This document shows, one piece after another, positions 17,643 through 27,408 of a DNA stretch of 64,000 bases (the first letter of the stretch is position 1; every line of letters starts with the position of its first letter). Below the pieces are notes generated by a model that did no database searches, had not been told where the DNA came from, and saw only the letters and a program-made list of their open reading frames with translations. Origin of the DNA: Candidatus Pacearchaeota archaeon. GTDB taxonomy: Archaea; Nanobdellota; Nanobdellia; Pacearchaeales; GW2011-AR1. The stretch is taken from assembly GCA_050303855.1 (NCBI GenBank), contig JBNLCO010000006.1, positions 1,820 to 65,819 on the forward strand, read 5' to 3'. A program made the translations under genes and the position numbers.

Positions 17643-17723
17643 TTATTCGTCGTCTTCATCATCAGACATGTCATCATCTTCTTCCATGTCCATATCGTCT
17701 TCTTCGTATTCGTCTTCAGCCAT
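17643..17723 (-). CDS. Micro-ORF encoding a 26-aa poly-acidic peptide (MAEDEYEEDDMDMEEDDDMSDDEDDE).
   Basis: Below the ORF-table threshold. ATG is preceded by GGAGGTC 7 nt upstream. 20 of 26 residues are Asp/Glu. Confidence 0.4.
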   Translation of the reverse strand: MAEDEYEEDDMDMEEDDDMSDDEDDE

Positions 17724-17844
17724 TATAAGACCTCCATTTTAGTTAAAACCCAATTTCCTTAATTGCTTTTAAAGATTGCGGTACACTCAAAAATAGATAA
17801 AAAAATAAGAAATATTTAAAAACCAAAAATACAAAATAGCAAAC

Positions 17845-19146
17845 CTAAGGACTAACTCTAGTCATAGTTCGAGGGAAAGGGATAGCATCTTTTATCGTCG
17901 TTAAACCACATATCCAAGATATAACTCTCTCAACACCCATACCAAAACCTCCATGAGGTACACTGCCATATCTTCTAGTATCCAAATAAAAACTATACTG
18001 TTCAGGATTCTCCCCCATTTCTGACAATTTTTCCTTTATTTTCTCAGGGTCAGCTTCCCTCTCACTACCTCCAATTATCTCACCATAGCCATCAGGAGCA
18101 ATAAAATCGCATCCATTAACAACTTTGGGGTTGCCTTCAGTCTCTTTCATGTAAAAGGCCTTAACAGCCTTGGGATACTCTGTAATAATTATTGGAGTGT
18201 CATATAACTTGCTTATTTTATCCTCTTCAATAGTTCTAAGATCTTTACCCCAAGGAACCTTCATTTTACATTTATCCTTAAGTATCTTCAAAGCTTCATC
18301 ATAGGTCATTCTTGGAAATTTCTTCTTAACCGTAGGTTCTAATTTCTTAACGTCCCTCTCCAATATTTTCAATTCAGGTTTATTCTTTTCAAGAACTTTC
18401 TTAACAATATGTTTCAACAAACCTTCTCCATGGTCCTGTATATCCTTAAATGAAGCCCAAGCCATTTCCATTTCATTCATCCAAAATTCAGTCAAATGTC
18501 TAGACGTCTTGCTTTCTTCTGCCCTAAAACAAGGAGCAATAGTGTAAATCTTTTCTAAAGCAAAAATGGCCGGCTCAGCATATAACTGCCAAGTCTGTGC
18601 CAAAAATACTCCTTTCTTTCCAAAATAATCTACATTAAACAAAGTACTTCCACCTTCTGCCTGAACTGCCTGGAAAATTGGACTCTGATACTCATAAAAT
18701 CCATTATCTCTAAAATATTCATGTATTGCTCCAAAGACAGTACTTCTAATTTTCAATATAGCAGTCATCTTCATACTTCTCAACCAAAGATGTCTTCTAT
18801 CTCCCAAAAGTTCTTCATTAAGATCTTTCTTTATTGGAAAATCTTCTGCAATTTGAACAATATTTATTTTTTTAACAGAAACTTCATATCCAGTAGGAGC
18901 TCGATCATCTTTCTTTATAATTCCAGTAATTTCTACAGAGCTCTCAACTTTCAACTTATCAATATCATCCCATTGCTTATCAAAATCCTCTTTCTTCAGA
19001 ACACATTGAATTATATTACTAGAATCCCTTACAACAAGAAATTTCATCTTATTACTTCCACGCTCTCTATAAACCCATCCTCGAATAGAAAGATCTCCTT
19101 TACCTTTCTTCATTGCATCCTGAATTGAAACAAACTTATCCACCAT
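17845..19146 (-). CDS. asnS: Asparaginyl-tRNA synthetase.
   Basis: FRAEESKTSRHLTEFWMNEMEMAW, KAFYMK, EIIGGSEREAD, YLDTRRYGSVPHGGFGMGVERV and IPFPRT match AsnRS class IIb motifs (E. coli: [36 protein letters not shown]). Confidence 0.85.
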   Translation of the reverse strand: MVDKFVSIQDAMKKGKGDLSIRGWVYRERGSNKMKFLVVRDSSNIIQCVLKKEDFDKQWDDIDKLKVESSVEITGIIKKDDRAPTGYEVSVKKINIVQIAEDFPIKKDLNEELLGDRRHLWLRSMKMTAILKIRSTVFGAIHEYFRDNGFYEYQSPIFQAVQAEGGSTLFNVDYFGKKGVFLAQTWQLYAEPAIFALEKIYTIAPCFRAEESKTSRHLTEFWMNEMEMAWASFKDIQDHGEGLLKHIVKKVLEKNKPELKILERDVKKLEPTVKKKFPRMTYDEALKILKDKCKMKVPWGKDLRTIEEDKISKLYDTPIIITEYPKAVKAFYMKETEGNPKVVNGCDFIAPDGYGEIIGGSEREADPEKIKEKLSEMGENPEQYSFYLDTRRYGSVPHGGFGMGVERVISWICGLTTIKDAIPFPRTMTRVSP

Positions 19147-19178
19147 AAGAGTAAAAACAATAAGCTATTTATAAAAAT

Positions 19179-20222
19179 TTAGCTAAAGGCCTTTCTAACC
19201 ATTTCTTCAAATTTTTCCAAATCCTCTTTCCTTATCTGGCCCCCAACCGCATTTTCATGCCCTCCTCCGGTTGCACTATCTAACTTGGATATAATCTTGA
19301 CAATTTTATCTCTAACTTTCAAACCTCTAACAGAAATGTTTACTCTAGGGCCCTTAGCATAAACCACAACAATAACCTTATCTGAAAACAGATAACTCAA
19401 ACCATTGGATATCTCAGAACTCATACTTATCTCTCCTGAATATTCAAAAAACAAAACTTTAGATTCATCAACTTTACTCCTAGCCTTACTCATTATTGAA
19501 GAATATTTTTTCTCAATATCTAAAAATCTCTTATAAAAGACCTTATTAAAATTATTCTCTTGTAGAACATCGTAAGGACCACTAGACTTAACTAAGAAAT
19601 TCATCATCCCAATTACATTAGTAGTTTTATCTTTTATTCCAAAGCCAAATATTCTAGCTACTTTCCCAATCTCAGACTTGTAAAGCAAATCAAAAGCCTT
19701 TGGCTTCTTATCATCTAAACACAATTCAGGATATTCTTTCTTAAAATTCTTATAAAAATCAGGAATAAACCTGTCAGATATACAACCTACCATCCCCAAC
19801 CACAAATCTTCCTTCTTACCTGAAATCTGATAACATAAGGCAGTAACAGGCTCGTTACTCTTCTTTCTATTGTATAAAGGATTATAATAAAAAATAAACT
19901 TCGGGATTGTTTTCCTATCATTTTCATGGTGATCTATCCAAACCAAAGGAATGTTGAATTTCTTAAGCTCTTCAAAGAATTCTGGAGAAATTCGTGGCTT
20001 ATCTAAAACAAAAATATAATCAGCTTCCAGCTCATGAATCTTCCTAAAATAGTCTATTGACAAATCATTTCCTTTTATTGGGAAACCTTTTCCTTTTCCA
20101 CAGAATCTTCTCAACAAAAGATAGCTACACAAACCATCCTGATCGTTGTCAAAAAGAAAAAGAGGATTTTGCGCCTTATCCAAGTGATCCTTAATTTCAG
20201 AAACTTGTTTCTTAGTTAACAT
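19179..20222 (-). CDS. DHH/DHHA1-family phosphoesterase (second copy).
   Basis: Motifs LFLFDNDQDGLCS, WIDHHEN and a C-terminal GGGHENAVGG (DHHA1 GGGH). Confidence 0.65.
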   Translation of the reverse strand: MLTKKQVSEIKDHLDKAQNPLFLFDNDQDGLCSYLLLRRFCGKGKGFPIKGNDLSIDYFRKIHELEADYIFVLDKPRISPEFFEELKKFNIPLVWIDHHENDRKTIPKFIFYYNPLYNRKKSNEPVTALCYQISGKKEDLWLGMVGCISDRFIPDFYKNFKKEYPELCLDDKKPKAFDLLYKSEIGKVARIFGFGIKDKTTNVIGMMNFLVKSSGPYDVLQENNFNKVFYKRFLDIEKKYSSIMSKARSKVDESKVLFFEYSGEISMSSEISNGLSYLFSDKVIVVVYAKGPRVNISVRGLKVRDKIVKIISKLDSATGGGHENAVGGQIRKEDLEKFEEMVRKAFS

Positions 20223-20273
20223 TATCTGAAAAAGACATTTTCTTTTATATATCTTATTAGGAAATAAAAATCT

Positions 20274-21554
20274 TTAAGGAGTTAATCTTGTCCTATCTCT
20301 AGGGAACAAAACTGCCTCTCTTATATTTTCTAGCCCTAAAATTAGCATAGTTAATCTTTCCAAACCAAGACCCCATCCAGCATGAGGCGGAGCACCATAT
20401 CTAAAGCTATCAATATAACCCTTAAAGTCCTTAGGATTCAAACCTTTAACTTTCAACCTCTTTTCAAGCAATTCTGGAATATGTACTCTCTGCCCACCCG
20501 AAGAAATTTCCATGCCTTGATAAATAGCATCAAATCCTCCGCTTAAACCATCTCCCTTAGGCATTATGTAAAAGGGTTTTCCCTCTATAGGCCAATCATG
20601 AACAAAAACAATTGTATCTGGAAATAATTCCCCTAATTTCTTCTCTCCATCTCCAGTCAAATCTAATTTCTCTGTATGTATCTTGTTTTTTCTCAATAAC
20701 TGATTTGTTTCTTCAAAAGTAAGATATTTAGTCTTAGGAATCTTCAAACTCAGACCCAAAATATCTAGTTCTCTTTTATTAGTGTCTATAACTTTCTGTA
20801 TAACAAACTGAACGCACCTAGCCAAAACATCCATAACCTTAAACTCATCGGCAAAACTCTGCTCATAATCCAGCTGCCTTGATTCATTTAAATGTCTAGG
20901 AGTATTATGCTTTTCTGCTCTCCAAACAGTAAAGATTGTAAAAACCTTCTCTAAAGAACAAGCAATCATTTGTTTATACAATTGGCAGCTCTGAGATAAA
21001 TAAGCATCTTTTTCAAAATATTTCAATTTGTATAATTCAGTACCGCCTTCAGAACTAGCTGCAATTATTGAAGGAAATACCGCTTCTAAAGCCCCTTCCT
21101 CTTTGATCATAAACTCTCTATACGCACTCATTATTGTTGATTGTATCTCAAAAACTGCCTGAACCTTTGGTTTTCTAATATCCAAAAACCTATAGTCAAG
21201 TCTATTCTGGAATGAAGCAGGTTTTTCATTTTTTTCATTAACATGTATAGGTAATTTACCCGCAATAGAGATAACTTCTAATCCCGTAACTTCAATTTCA
21301 ACATCATCTCTAGTAAATTCCGCCTTAACCTTAGCACTTTTAACTTTCCCAGTAATTTCAACTGCACTCTCTAAAGACAACCCCGAAATCTTAGCCATAA
21401 TATCTTCAGATTTAGCAACACATTGAACAATTCCAGTTCTATCTCGCAAAAGAACAAATCCAAGCTTAGCTAGATTTCTTATCTCATAAACCCAACCTTT
21501 CAACAAAACTTCCTTAGAAGAAGTCCTCAAATCTTTAACATAAGTCTGTTCCAT
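20274..21554 (-). CDS. aspS: Aspartyl-tRNA synthetase (archaeal type).
   Basis: VWRAEKHNTPRHLNESRQLDYEQSF matches the archaeal AspRS motif 2 (FRAEEHNTTRHLNE). N-terminal OB anticodon-binding domain. C-terminal GAPPHAGWGLGLERL (motif 3). Confidence 0.85.
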   Translation of the reverse strand: MEQTYVKDLRTSSKEVLLKGWVYEIRNLAKLGFVLLRDRTGIVQCVAKSEDIMAKISGLSLESAVEITGKVKSAKVKAEFTRDDVEIEVTGLEVISIAGKLPIHVNEKNEKPASFQNRLDYRFLDIRKPKVQAVFEIQSTIMSAYREFMIKEEGALEAVFPSIIAASSEGGTELYKLKYFEKDAYLSQSCQLYKQMIACSLEKVFTIFTVWRAEKHNTPRHLNESRQLDYEQSFADEFKVMDVLARCVQFVIQKVIDTNKRELDILGLSLKIPKTKYLTFEETNQLLRKNKIHTEKLDLTGDGEKKLGELFPDTIVFVHDWPIEGKPFYIMPKGDGLSGGFDAIYQGMEISSGGQRVHIPELLEKRLKVKGLNPKDFKGYIDSFRYGAPPHAGWGLGLERLTMLILGLENIREAVLFPRDRTRLTP

Positions 21555-21581
21555 GCATCTTAACCAATCAAGAAGTATTTA

Positions 21582-21935
21582 TTAAGATTTTGATTCCTTT
21601 TTAACAGATTCCTGTTCTTTGGTTGCTTGTTTTATTTGGTTCACTTTTTGATCAATCTTCTTTTTGAAAACATGACTCCCCACTAAAGAAACAACATAAA
21701 ATACAATAACTATTCCCAAAAAAGAAAACGCTATAGTAAAAATCTTCCCTACTGAAGTCTGAGGGGTTAAATCCCCGTAGCCAATAGTTGTAAAGGTGAT
21801 AACAGTAAAATAAATTGCATCAATAAAACTCCACCCTTCAAATTTCTGAAAAACTTTCGCAGAAACAAAAATTAAGGAAAAAAGCAAAGTCACAAGCAAA
21901 ACCGCTCTCCACACTCCTCTTTTCTCTGGGTCCAT
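21582..21935 (-). CDS. Minimal two-TM potassium channel (KcsA-like pore).
   Basis: Selectivity filter TTIGYGD is flanked by two hydrophobic helices. Only 117 aa. Confidence 0.7.
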   Translation of the reverse strand: MDPEKRGVWRAVLLVTLLFSLIFVSAKVFQKFEGWSFIDAIYFTVITFTTIGYGDLTPQTSVGKIFTIAFSFLGIVIVFYVVSLVGSHVFKKKIDQKVNQIKQATKEQESVKKESKS

Positions 21936-21961
21936 AAGTGTATAGAAGAAAAAACCATTTA

Positions 21962-22780
21962 TTAAGATTTTGATTTTGTCATTTCAATAACTTTATAAGA
22001 TGCAACACCCAAATTGTAGATCTCAGATTTCCCAATCTTTGCTTTTCCTTCTCCTTCATGAATGTGTCCACAAAAAACATATTTTGGATTGTATTTTTTT
22101 ATATAATTTAAAATAACTTTACTTCCAGCATGTTTTCCCACATAATTTTTCGGAGCTCCCCATTTCCCAGAAACCTTATCAAGGTATCCAAACGGAGGCT
22201 GGTGGCAAACAAGGATATCCAAACCACCAAAATTATTCAAAAACCTTTTTGCTTTTGCAGTTTCATTTTTCGCCTTTGAGATTTTCTTTTTATCTTTTGT
22301 TCCAAATTCTTTATTCCAACAGACATCATTAAAATATTCTAAAAAACCAATTCTTAGCCCATTGATATTTCTGACAACATTTCTTATGAAATAAAAATTA
22401 TCAATTTTATTCATTCCTTGTCTTAATGAAGGTAGTTTTATGTTGTATTTCTTTTCATCTTTTTTAACTTCTGAATCATAAATCATGCTCATTCCAACAT
22501 TCCCTAAGATGGAGTATGTTGGTGCAATCTTTGAAAGATATTTCCAAACATCTAAGGAAGAATCACAAATTTCTTTGTAAGATTTTTTTAAAGCCTCTCC
22601 GTCATATTCAAGTTCTTCTAGCCCTTGTTGTTTTCTTTTTATGTTTTCAAAGAAAAATTTTCTCGCGAAATCTGCTTTGCCAACATCACCAGTACATAAA
22701 ACTAAATCAATATCTTTATTCGGAACTTTCGAAAGTTTCTTCATATCTCCATGAGGATCTCCAACTACTAGAATTTTCAT
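21962..22780 (-). CDS. Calcineurin-like metallophosphoesterase.
   Basis: Motifs GDPHG, GDVG and GHIHEG. Confidence 0.7.
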   Translation of the reverse strand: MKILVVGDPHGDMKKLSKVPNKDIDLVLCTGDVGKADFARKFFFENIKRKQQGLEELEYDGEALKKSYKEICDSSLDVWKYLSKIAPTYSILGNVGMSMIYDSEVKKDEKKYNIKLPSLRQGMNKIDNFYFIRNVVRNINGLRIGFLEYFNDVCWNKEFGTKDKKKISKAKNETAKAKRFLNNFGGLDILVCHQPPFGYLDKVSGKWGAPKNYVGKHAGSKVILNYIKKYNPKYVFCGHIHEGEGKAKIGKSEIYNLGVASYKVIEMTKSKS

Positions 22781-22797
22781 AATAAAACCATCAAAAT

Positions 22798-24258
22798 CTA
22801 CTTTAAAAGTTTATTTACTATCTCCATAACTTCCTTCCCATTAATCTGTCCTTTAAACTCTTTCATAACTAATCCCATATATGCATTAGCATTCAATCCA
22901 GGTTTTTCTTTTATCAATTTCAATATCTTCTCCTCCACTTCAGAAGTATCTTTCTTTTCTACTTTTACAGCCTTATCAAATTCTTCGCCCTTAGTTAATT
23001 TGATCAATATGTCCTTCACATCACTTTCTAGAAGCTCTTTATCTCTTATTTTCTTAAGAATCTCCACATAATAATCACTCAAGATTTCTTCAACTTCTTC
23101 TAAACTCTTATTTTCTTTTGAAGAAATTTCTTTAGGGAAAAGTAACATCATTTTTGCAACAAAATTAACCTTGTCATAAACATTAAGCAAATCCTTAAAT
23201 TCATTAATTCTATCCATCTTCAATAAGAGTTTAATCATTTCTTCACTCAAACCTTTTTCTTTCAATTCTCCTGCAATATCACTTCTTAGCTTAGGAAGAT
23301 CTTTCTTACATTCGTTTATGAAATCTCTAGAAATTTTCAATAAAGGCAAATCAGTCTCAGGATACATTCTATCTGCTCCAGGCATAGGCCTAAGAAATTC
23401 TGTCCCAAAATCCTTGTCATTCAATGCATTTCTTACTTCTGCAGGAGTAGGATTTTTTTTATCAGATAATTCTTTCTGTCTAAGAACTTCATTATCAATT
23501 GTATTCAAAAAAGTCTTCATATCCTGCATACCTTTCAACTCAACCCGATTCTCTCCACGTATAGAAATATTGACATCCTGTCTTATAGTTCCAAGACCTC
23601 TCTTAACTTTGCAACTTCTTAATACCTCTCCAATATACAAAGCAACTTCCTTAGCCTGTTCAGGAGTTTTAATATCGGGAGATGTAGCAATTTCAATTAA
23701 AGGTATTCCCAATCTGTCCAAAGTATAATGAACCTCCTCTTTCTCAGATTTAATTTTTCTAGCAGAATCTTCTTCGATACATACGGTGTCAATTCCTACT
23801 TTTCCAGAAGACGTTTCAACATAACCGTCCCTTGCAATTAAAACGGTTCTCTGAAATCCAGAAGTATTTGACCCGTCAACAACAGTCTTCCTCATTATTT
23901 GAGCAACAGGAATAATATTACAATTCAAAAGCAAAGCAATCTGAACTCCAATTTTCAAAGCCTCTGGATTAATTTCATGCGGAGGTTCTTCATCAAAATC
24001 AATTAAACAAGAGTTCTCTTTATGACCTTTGTAAACAAATGTTTTGTTTAAAGAAGCCTGATATTTTGCAGCAACATCAACTTCCCCACTCTCTCCTGCA
24101 ACAGCATGAAGTCTTCTCTTGACAGAAGAATCAGGCTCATCACTCCTAAGAACAGCAGGACAATCACAAAATAATTTCTTTCCATTAGCATCTAACTGCT
24201 GATGAATCTCTAAACCAGACTTAAATTTTAATTTAGCATAATCAATTAATTCTGACAT
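22798..24258 (-). CDS. gatE: Glu-tRNA(Gln) amidotransferase subunit E (GatB/E family). Shorter than typical GatE.
   Basis: N-terminal GLEIHQQLDANGKKLFCDCP is the GatE signature (GatB has GLEVHVQL). 486 aa versus about 620 for canonical GatE. gatD lies nearby. Confidence 0.7.
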   Translation of the reverse strand: MSELIDYAKLKFKSGLEIHQQLDANGKKLFCDCPAVLRSDEPDSSVKRRLHAVAGESGEVDVAAKYQASLNKTFVYKGHKENSCLIDFDEEPPHEINPEALKIGVQIALLLNCNIIPVAQIMRKTVVDGSNTSGFQRTVLIARDGYVETSSGKVGIDTVCIEEDSARKIKSEKEEVHYTLDRLGIPLIEIATSPDIKTPEQAKEVALYIGEVLRSCKVKRGLGTIRQDVNISIRGENRVELKGMQDMKTFLNTIDNEVLRQKELSDKKNPTPAEVRNALNDKDFGTEFLRPMPGADRMYPETDLPLLKISRDFINECKKDLPKLRSDIAGELKEKGLSEEMIKLLLKMDRINEFKDLLNVYDKVNFVAKMMLLFPKEISSKENKSLEEVEEILSDYYVEILKKIRDKELLESDVKDILIKLTKGEEFDKAVKVEKKDTSEVEEKILKLIKEKPGLNANAYMGLVMKEFKGQINGKEVMEIVNKLLK

Positions 24259-24337
24259 AAAAACAACAATTTTAAGAATTATTTAAAGCTTCCCAAAAAA
24301 ACAATAAATTTATAACCAATTTTACACAAGAAATAAT

Positions 24338-24769
24338 ATGGCAGAAAAAGAGGATAGAATATCTCTAAAGAAAAATAAAAAAGGAGTTATAGAAATGATA
24401 ACTCACCCAAACATACTCCCAAGAACATTCGGAGAGAAATCTGCAGATGCGTTAACAAAAGTTGCGGGTAGTTGGGGATTTATAATCGGATTTCTAGTAG
24501 TTTTAGTTCTATGGATAATAGTAAATAGTTCATGGATACTTTTCGGAAAAACATGGGACCCCTATCCATTCATATTACTAAACCTTGCATTATCTTGCTT
24601 AGCGGCAATACAAGCTCCGATAATACTTATGAGTCAAAATAGGGAAGCTCAAAAAGACAGGCAAAGAGCCGAATACGATTACGCAGTTAATAGAAAAGCT
24701 GAAAGAGAAATACAAGATCTAAAGAAAGTTCTAGATAGAATAGATAGAAAAATAGGCGGAAAAAAATAA
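24338..24769 (+). CDS. DUF1003-like membrane protein.
   Basis: Two TM helices followed by a charged coiled C-terminus (QNREAQKDRQRAEYDYAVNRKAEREIQDL), typical of DUF1003. Confidence 0.45.
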   Translation: MAEKEDRISLKKNKKGVIEMITHPNILPRTFGEKSADALTKVAGSWGFIIGFLVVLVLWIIVNSSWILFGKTWDPYPFILLNLALSCLAAIQAPIILMSQNREAQKDRQRAEYDYAVNRKAEREIQDLKKVLDRIDRKIGGKK

Positions 24770-24770
24770 A

Positions 24771-26087
24771 TTAATTCTCAAATTCCAAACGATCATTAAA
24801 TTCCCTGGAAATATTTTCTAACATTTTTTCCTTCACAAGTTTCTTATCTTTAGCCCAAGCTTCATGTCCTAAAACCCATCCCAATTTAGTCAAAGCCGTC
24901 TCAGACAACATATCTTTCAAGAATATAACTCCCGCATCTAACACTTCCCTTCCATTAGAATAAACATAAGGGTCTAACCTTCCGTTGATTGTCTGAGCAG
25001 TTGCACAAACAACAATCCCCTTAGAAATTATTTCTTTCAATTTTTTAGTCCATCCTGTTCTAGACCTCATTGTTGGAACATGGGCCAAACCAGAGACCTC
25101 TAAAATAATTCCTTTATACTTGTTCTTAACATACCAGTCAAGTATTCCCGGATCCTGCCCAGGATAAATCTTAACCAGAGCAATTTTATCTTCAAACTTC
25201 AAATCAGATTTAACCTTCCCTTTTTTTCTTTTATTGTAATTATCCAAAACTTCCAAGTTCCCATCAGAAAACACTTTTGCAATAGGAGTATCATTAATAA
25301 CATGAAAAGCATCTCTTCTTGAAGTATGCATCTTCTTAACTTTGGTACCAGGCATAACATAACAATAATCATCATTGGAACTACTATGTCCTACCAAAAC
25401 AACCTCAGCAATCTCACTCAAACCCGCAATCTCTGCAGAACAAACCAGATTCAAATTTGCATCACTCGAAGCACGATCAATACTCCTCTGGGAATATGTT
25501 AAAACAATTGGTTTAGTTAATTTATCAGAAAAGAAAAAACTTAAAGCACTAGCAGTATAATGCAAAAAATCAGTCCCATGAGTAATTACAACACCCTGTA
25601 CATTTGAATCATTGAGTAATTTCTCACAAGATCTAGCTATCTTCTGCCAATCCCTATAATCCATATCTTCTGAAGCTTTCATAAAAGGAATTTCAACTTT
25701 TGAAACGTTAACTTTCTCAAAAATTTCCGGATAAAATCTAAATAAACTCTCTGGAGTATCCAACCAATCAACCCCTCCTTTCTTAGGATTAAGTCTAGCT
25801 GCAATTGTACCTCCAGTAATTATCATCCCAATATTTGGTTTAGAAGGATTTTTCTTAATTTCAATTTTTTCTTCAACAGATTTAGATTTCTTAAGAACTT
25901 TTGTCTTCATAACGTCTTTCTTATTAAAACCAATATTATACCCATTATCTAACTTTAACAAAACAACCCCTTTATCCGACTCGGGACTTTCAATCAAAGT
26001 ACCTTCATAAATAGTCTTCATAAAATGCAGTTCTACTCTATCTCCAGGATAAGCATTAATTTTTACCATGACTAGAAAAAGAACCAA
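24771..26087 (-). CDS. gatD: Glu-tRNA(Gln) amidotransferase subunit D (asparaginase-like).
   Basis: Asparaginase-family threonine motif IITGGTIAARL. The 438-aa length fits. An alternative start MVKINAYPGD lies 6 codons downstream. Confidence 0.75.
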   Translation of the reverse strand: MVLFLVMVKINAYPGDRVELHFMKTIYEGTLIESPESDKGVVLLKLDNGYNIGFNKKDVMKTKVLKKSKSVEEKIEIKKNPSKPNIGMIITGGTIAARLNPKKGGVDWLDTPESLFRFYPEIFEKVNVSKVEIPFMKASEDMDYRDWQKIARSCEKLLNDSNVQGVVITHGTDFLHYTASALSFFFSDKLTKPIVLTYSQRSIDRASSDANLNLVCSAEIAGLSEIAEVVLVGHSSSNDDYCYVMPGTKVKKMHTSRRDAFHVINDTPIAKVFSDGNLEVLDNYNKRKKGKVKSDLKFEDKIALVKIYPGQDPGILDWYVKNKYKGIILEVSGLAHVPTMRSRTGWTKKLKEIISKGIVVCATAQTINGRLDPYVYSNGREVLDAGVIFLKDMLSETALTKLGWVLGHEAWAKDKKLVKEKMLENISREFNDRLEFEN

Positions 26088-26106
26088 CTAATTAAAAATC
26101 TGTTGG

Positions 26107-27246
26107 TTACCTCAAAGCAAGAAATACTTCCCTTACAACTCCAAATGCAAAAATCAACACAAACAAGATTATAACAACCCAGCTCAAAGGCACACTATAT
26201 TCTGGTTTTCTATCTCCCTGAATCTTAGCTTTTTTTGTCATAAGCAAACTTAAAACAGCAATTATCCCTCCCGAGACAACCCCTCCTATAGACAATATCT
26301 TGGTAAAAGAAAAGAAATCAAAGAAACTAACAACAAGATACAAAAAGATTGGAACAACTGCCGAAAGAACCCAAGATTTCCTCCTCAAGAAATGATCATC
26401 AAAAATAAAATCTTCCTGAAGTGCATTACCTAAAGCAAGATAAGAGGTAAACATTGTCAATATACCCAAAACAACAAAAATACTTCCCAAAGCAAGAGTT
26501 GCAATTTGAGGAGTATCAAATCCTTTAAACCCAACAACAACTAAAGTAAACAAGATGTAGAAAATTATAGAGATTATCGTTCCCCAGAATAAAACTTTCT
26601 TAAGTTTAGCCTTTCCATTACCCAAAACCAAAGAAACCTCCGGGATAGCATGGAAACTCATCAAAGCAAATAAGACAACCCCAAAAGGCAGAAGAAAATT
26701 AAACTTATCTAAGTAAGCAAGGTTTGCAAGATTTACATCTCCAATAAAAATAAAGAATATTATCAACATCAAAATAAGAATAAAGAAAACTCCTGCTCTC
26801 TCAAACTGCTTAAGGGAACCAAGACCATTCCAAATAATAAGAGACATCAAACCCCCAAATAAAACCCCCAAAAGAACAGAATAATCCATATTCCCAAATA
26901 TAAGGAAACTCAAACTATCTCCAACTCCCACTAAATAAGCAATTATTGCAGCATAAATACCAAAGATTGTTGCAAATTCCATCCACCTCCTACCTCTCAT
27001 GCCCAGATACTTTTCAGCATATCCTACAAGCTGATGGTCATCTCTTGTCCTCAAAGAAACCTCGCCAATACAAAGATTGGTAAAAAGCATAACCGCTCCC
27101 AAGACAACAATATAAATCAATGCGATAAGAAAACCAGATTTCGATGCAACATAAGGTATACCTAAAACCCCTGCACCAATACATGCCCCAACCAAAACAG
27201 AAATTGCAGTTATTGAATTCTTACCCCTCATACAATGAAAAAGCAA
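26107..27246 (-). CDS. Amino-acid permease (APC/aromatic amino acid permease-like).
   Basis: About 11 TM helices. N-terminal GAGVLGIPY is a motif typical of amino-acid transporters. Confidence 0.5.
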   Translation of the reverse strand: MLFHCMRGKNSITAISVLVGACIGAGVLGIPYVASKSGFLIALIYIVVLGAVMLFTNLCIGEVSLRTRDDHQLVGYAEKYLGMRGRRWMEFATIFGIYAAIIAYLVGVGDSLSFLIFGNMDYSVLLGVLFGGLMSLIIWNGLGSLKQFERAGVFFILILMLIIFFIFIGDVNLANLAYLDKFNFLLPFGVVLFALMSFHAIPEVSLVLGNGKAKLKKVLFWGTIISIIFYILFTLVVVGFKGFDTPQIATLALGSIFVVLGILTMFTSYLALGNALQEDFIFDDHFLRRKSWVLSAVVPIFLYLVVSFFDFFSFTKILSIGGVVSGGIIAVLSLLMTKKAKIQGDRKPEYSVPLSWVVIILFVLIFAFGVVREVFLALR

Positions 27247-27274
27247 ATAAACATATAAAAAAGTTTTGAATAAA

Positions 27275-27346
27275 TGAGCGCAGGAGGAATCGAACCTCCA
27301 TCGCCAGGGCCGAAACCTAGCGTTCTATCCGTTGAACTATGCGCCC
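27275..27346 (-). tRNA. tRNA-Arg (anticodon TCG).
   Basis: Minus strand. Acceptor GGGCGCA/TGCGCTC. D-arm GTTC-AACGGATA-GAAC. Anticodon stem CTAGG/CCTGG. Loop TTTCGGC. T-arm GGAGG-TTCGATT-CCTCC. Discriminator A. Confidence 0.8.
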
Positions 27347-27408
27347 TACAAAAATACTACAATTACACCATTTAAAAAATTATCAATCAAATATTTTAAA
27401 TAACCTTC

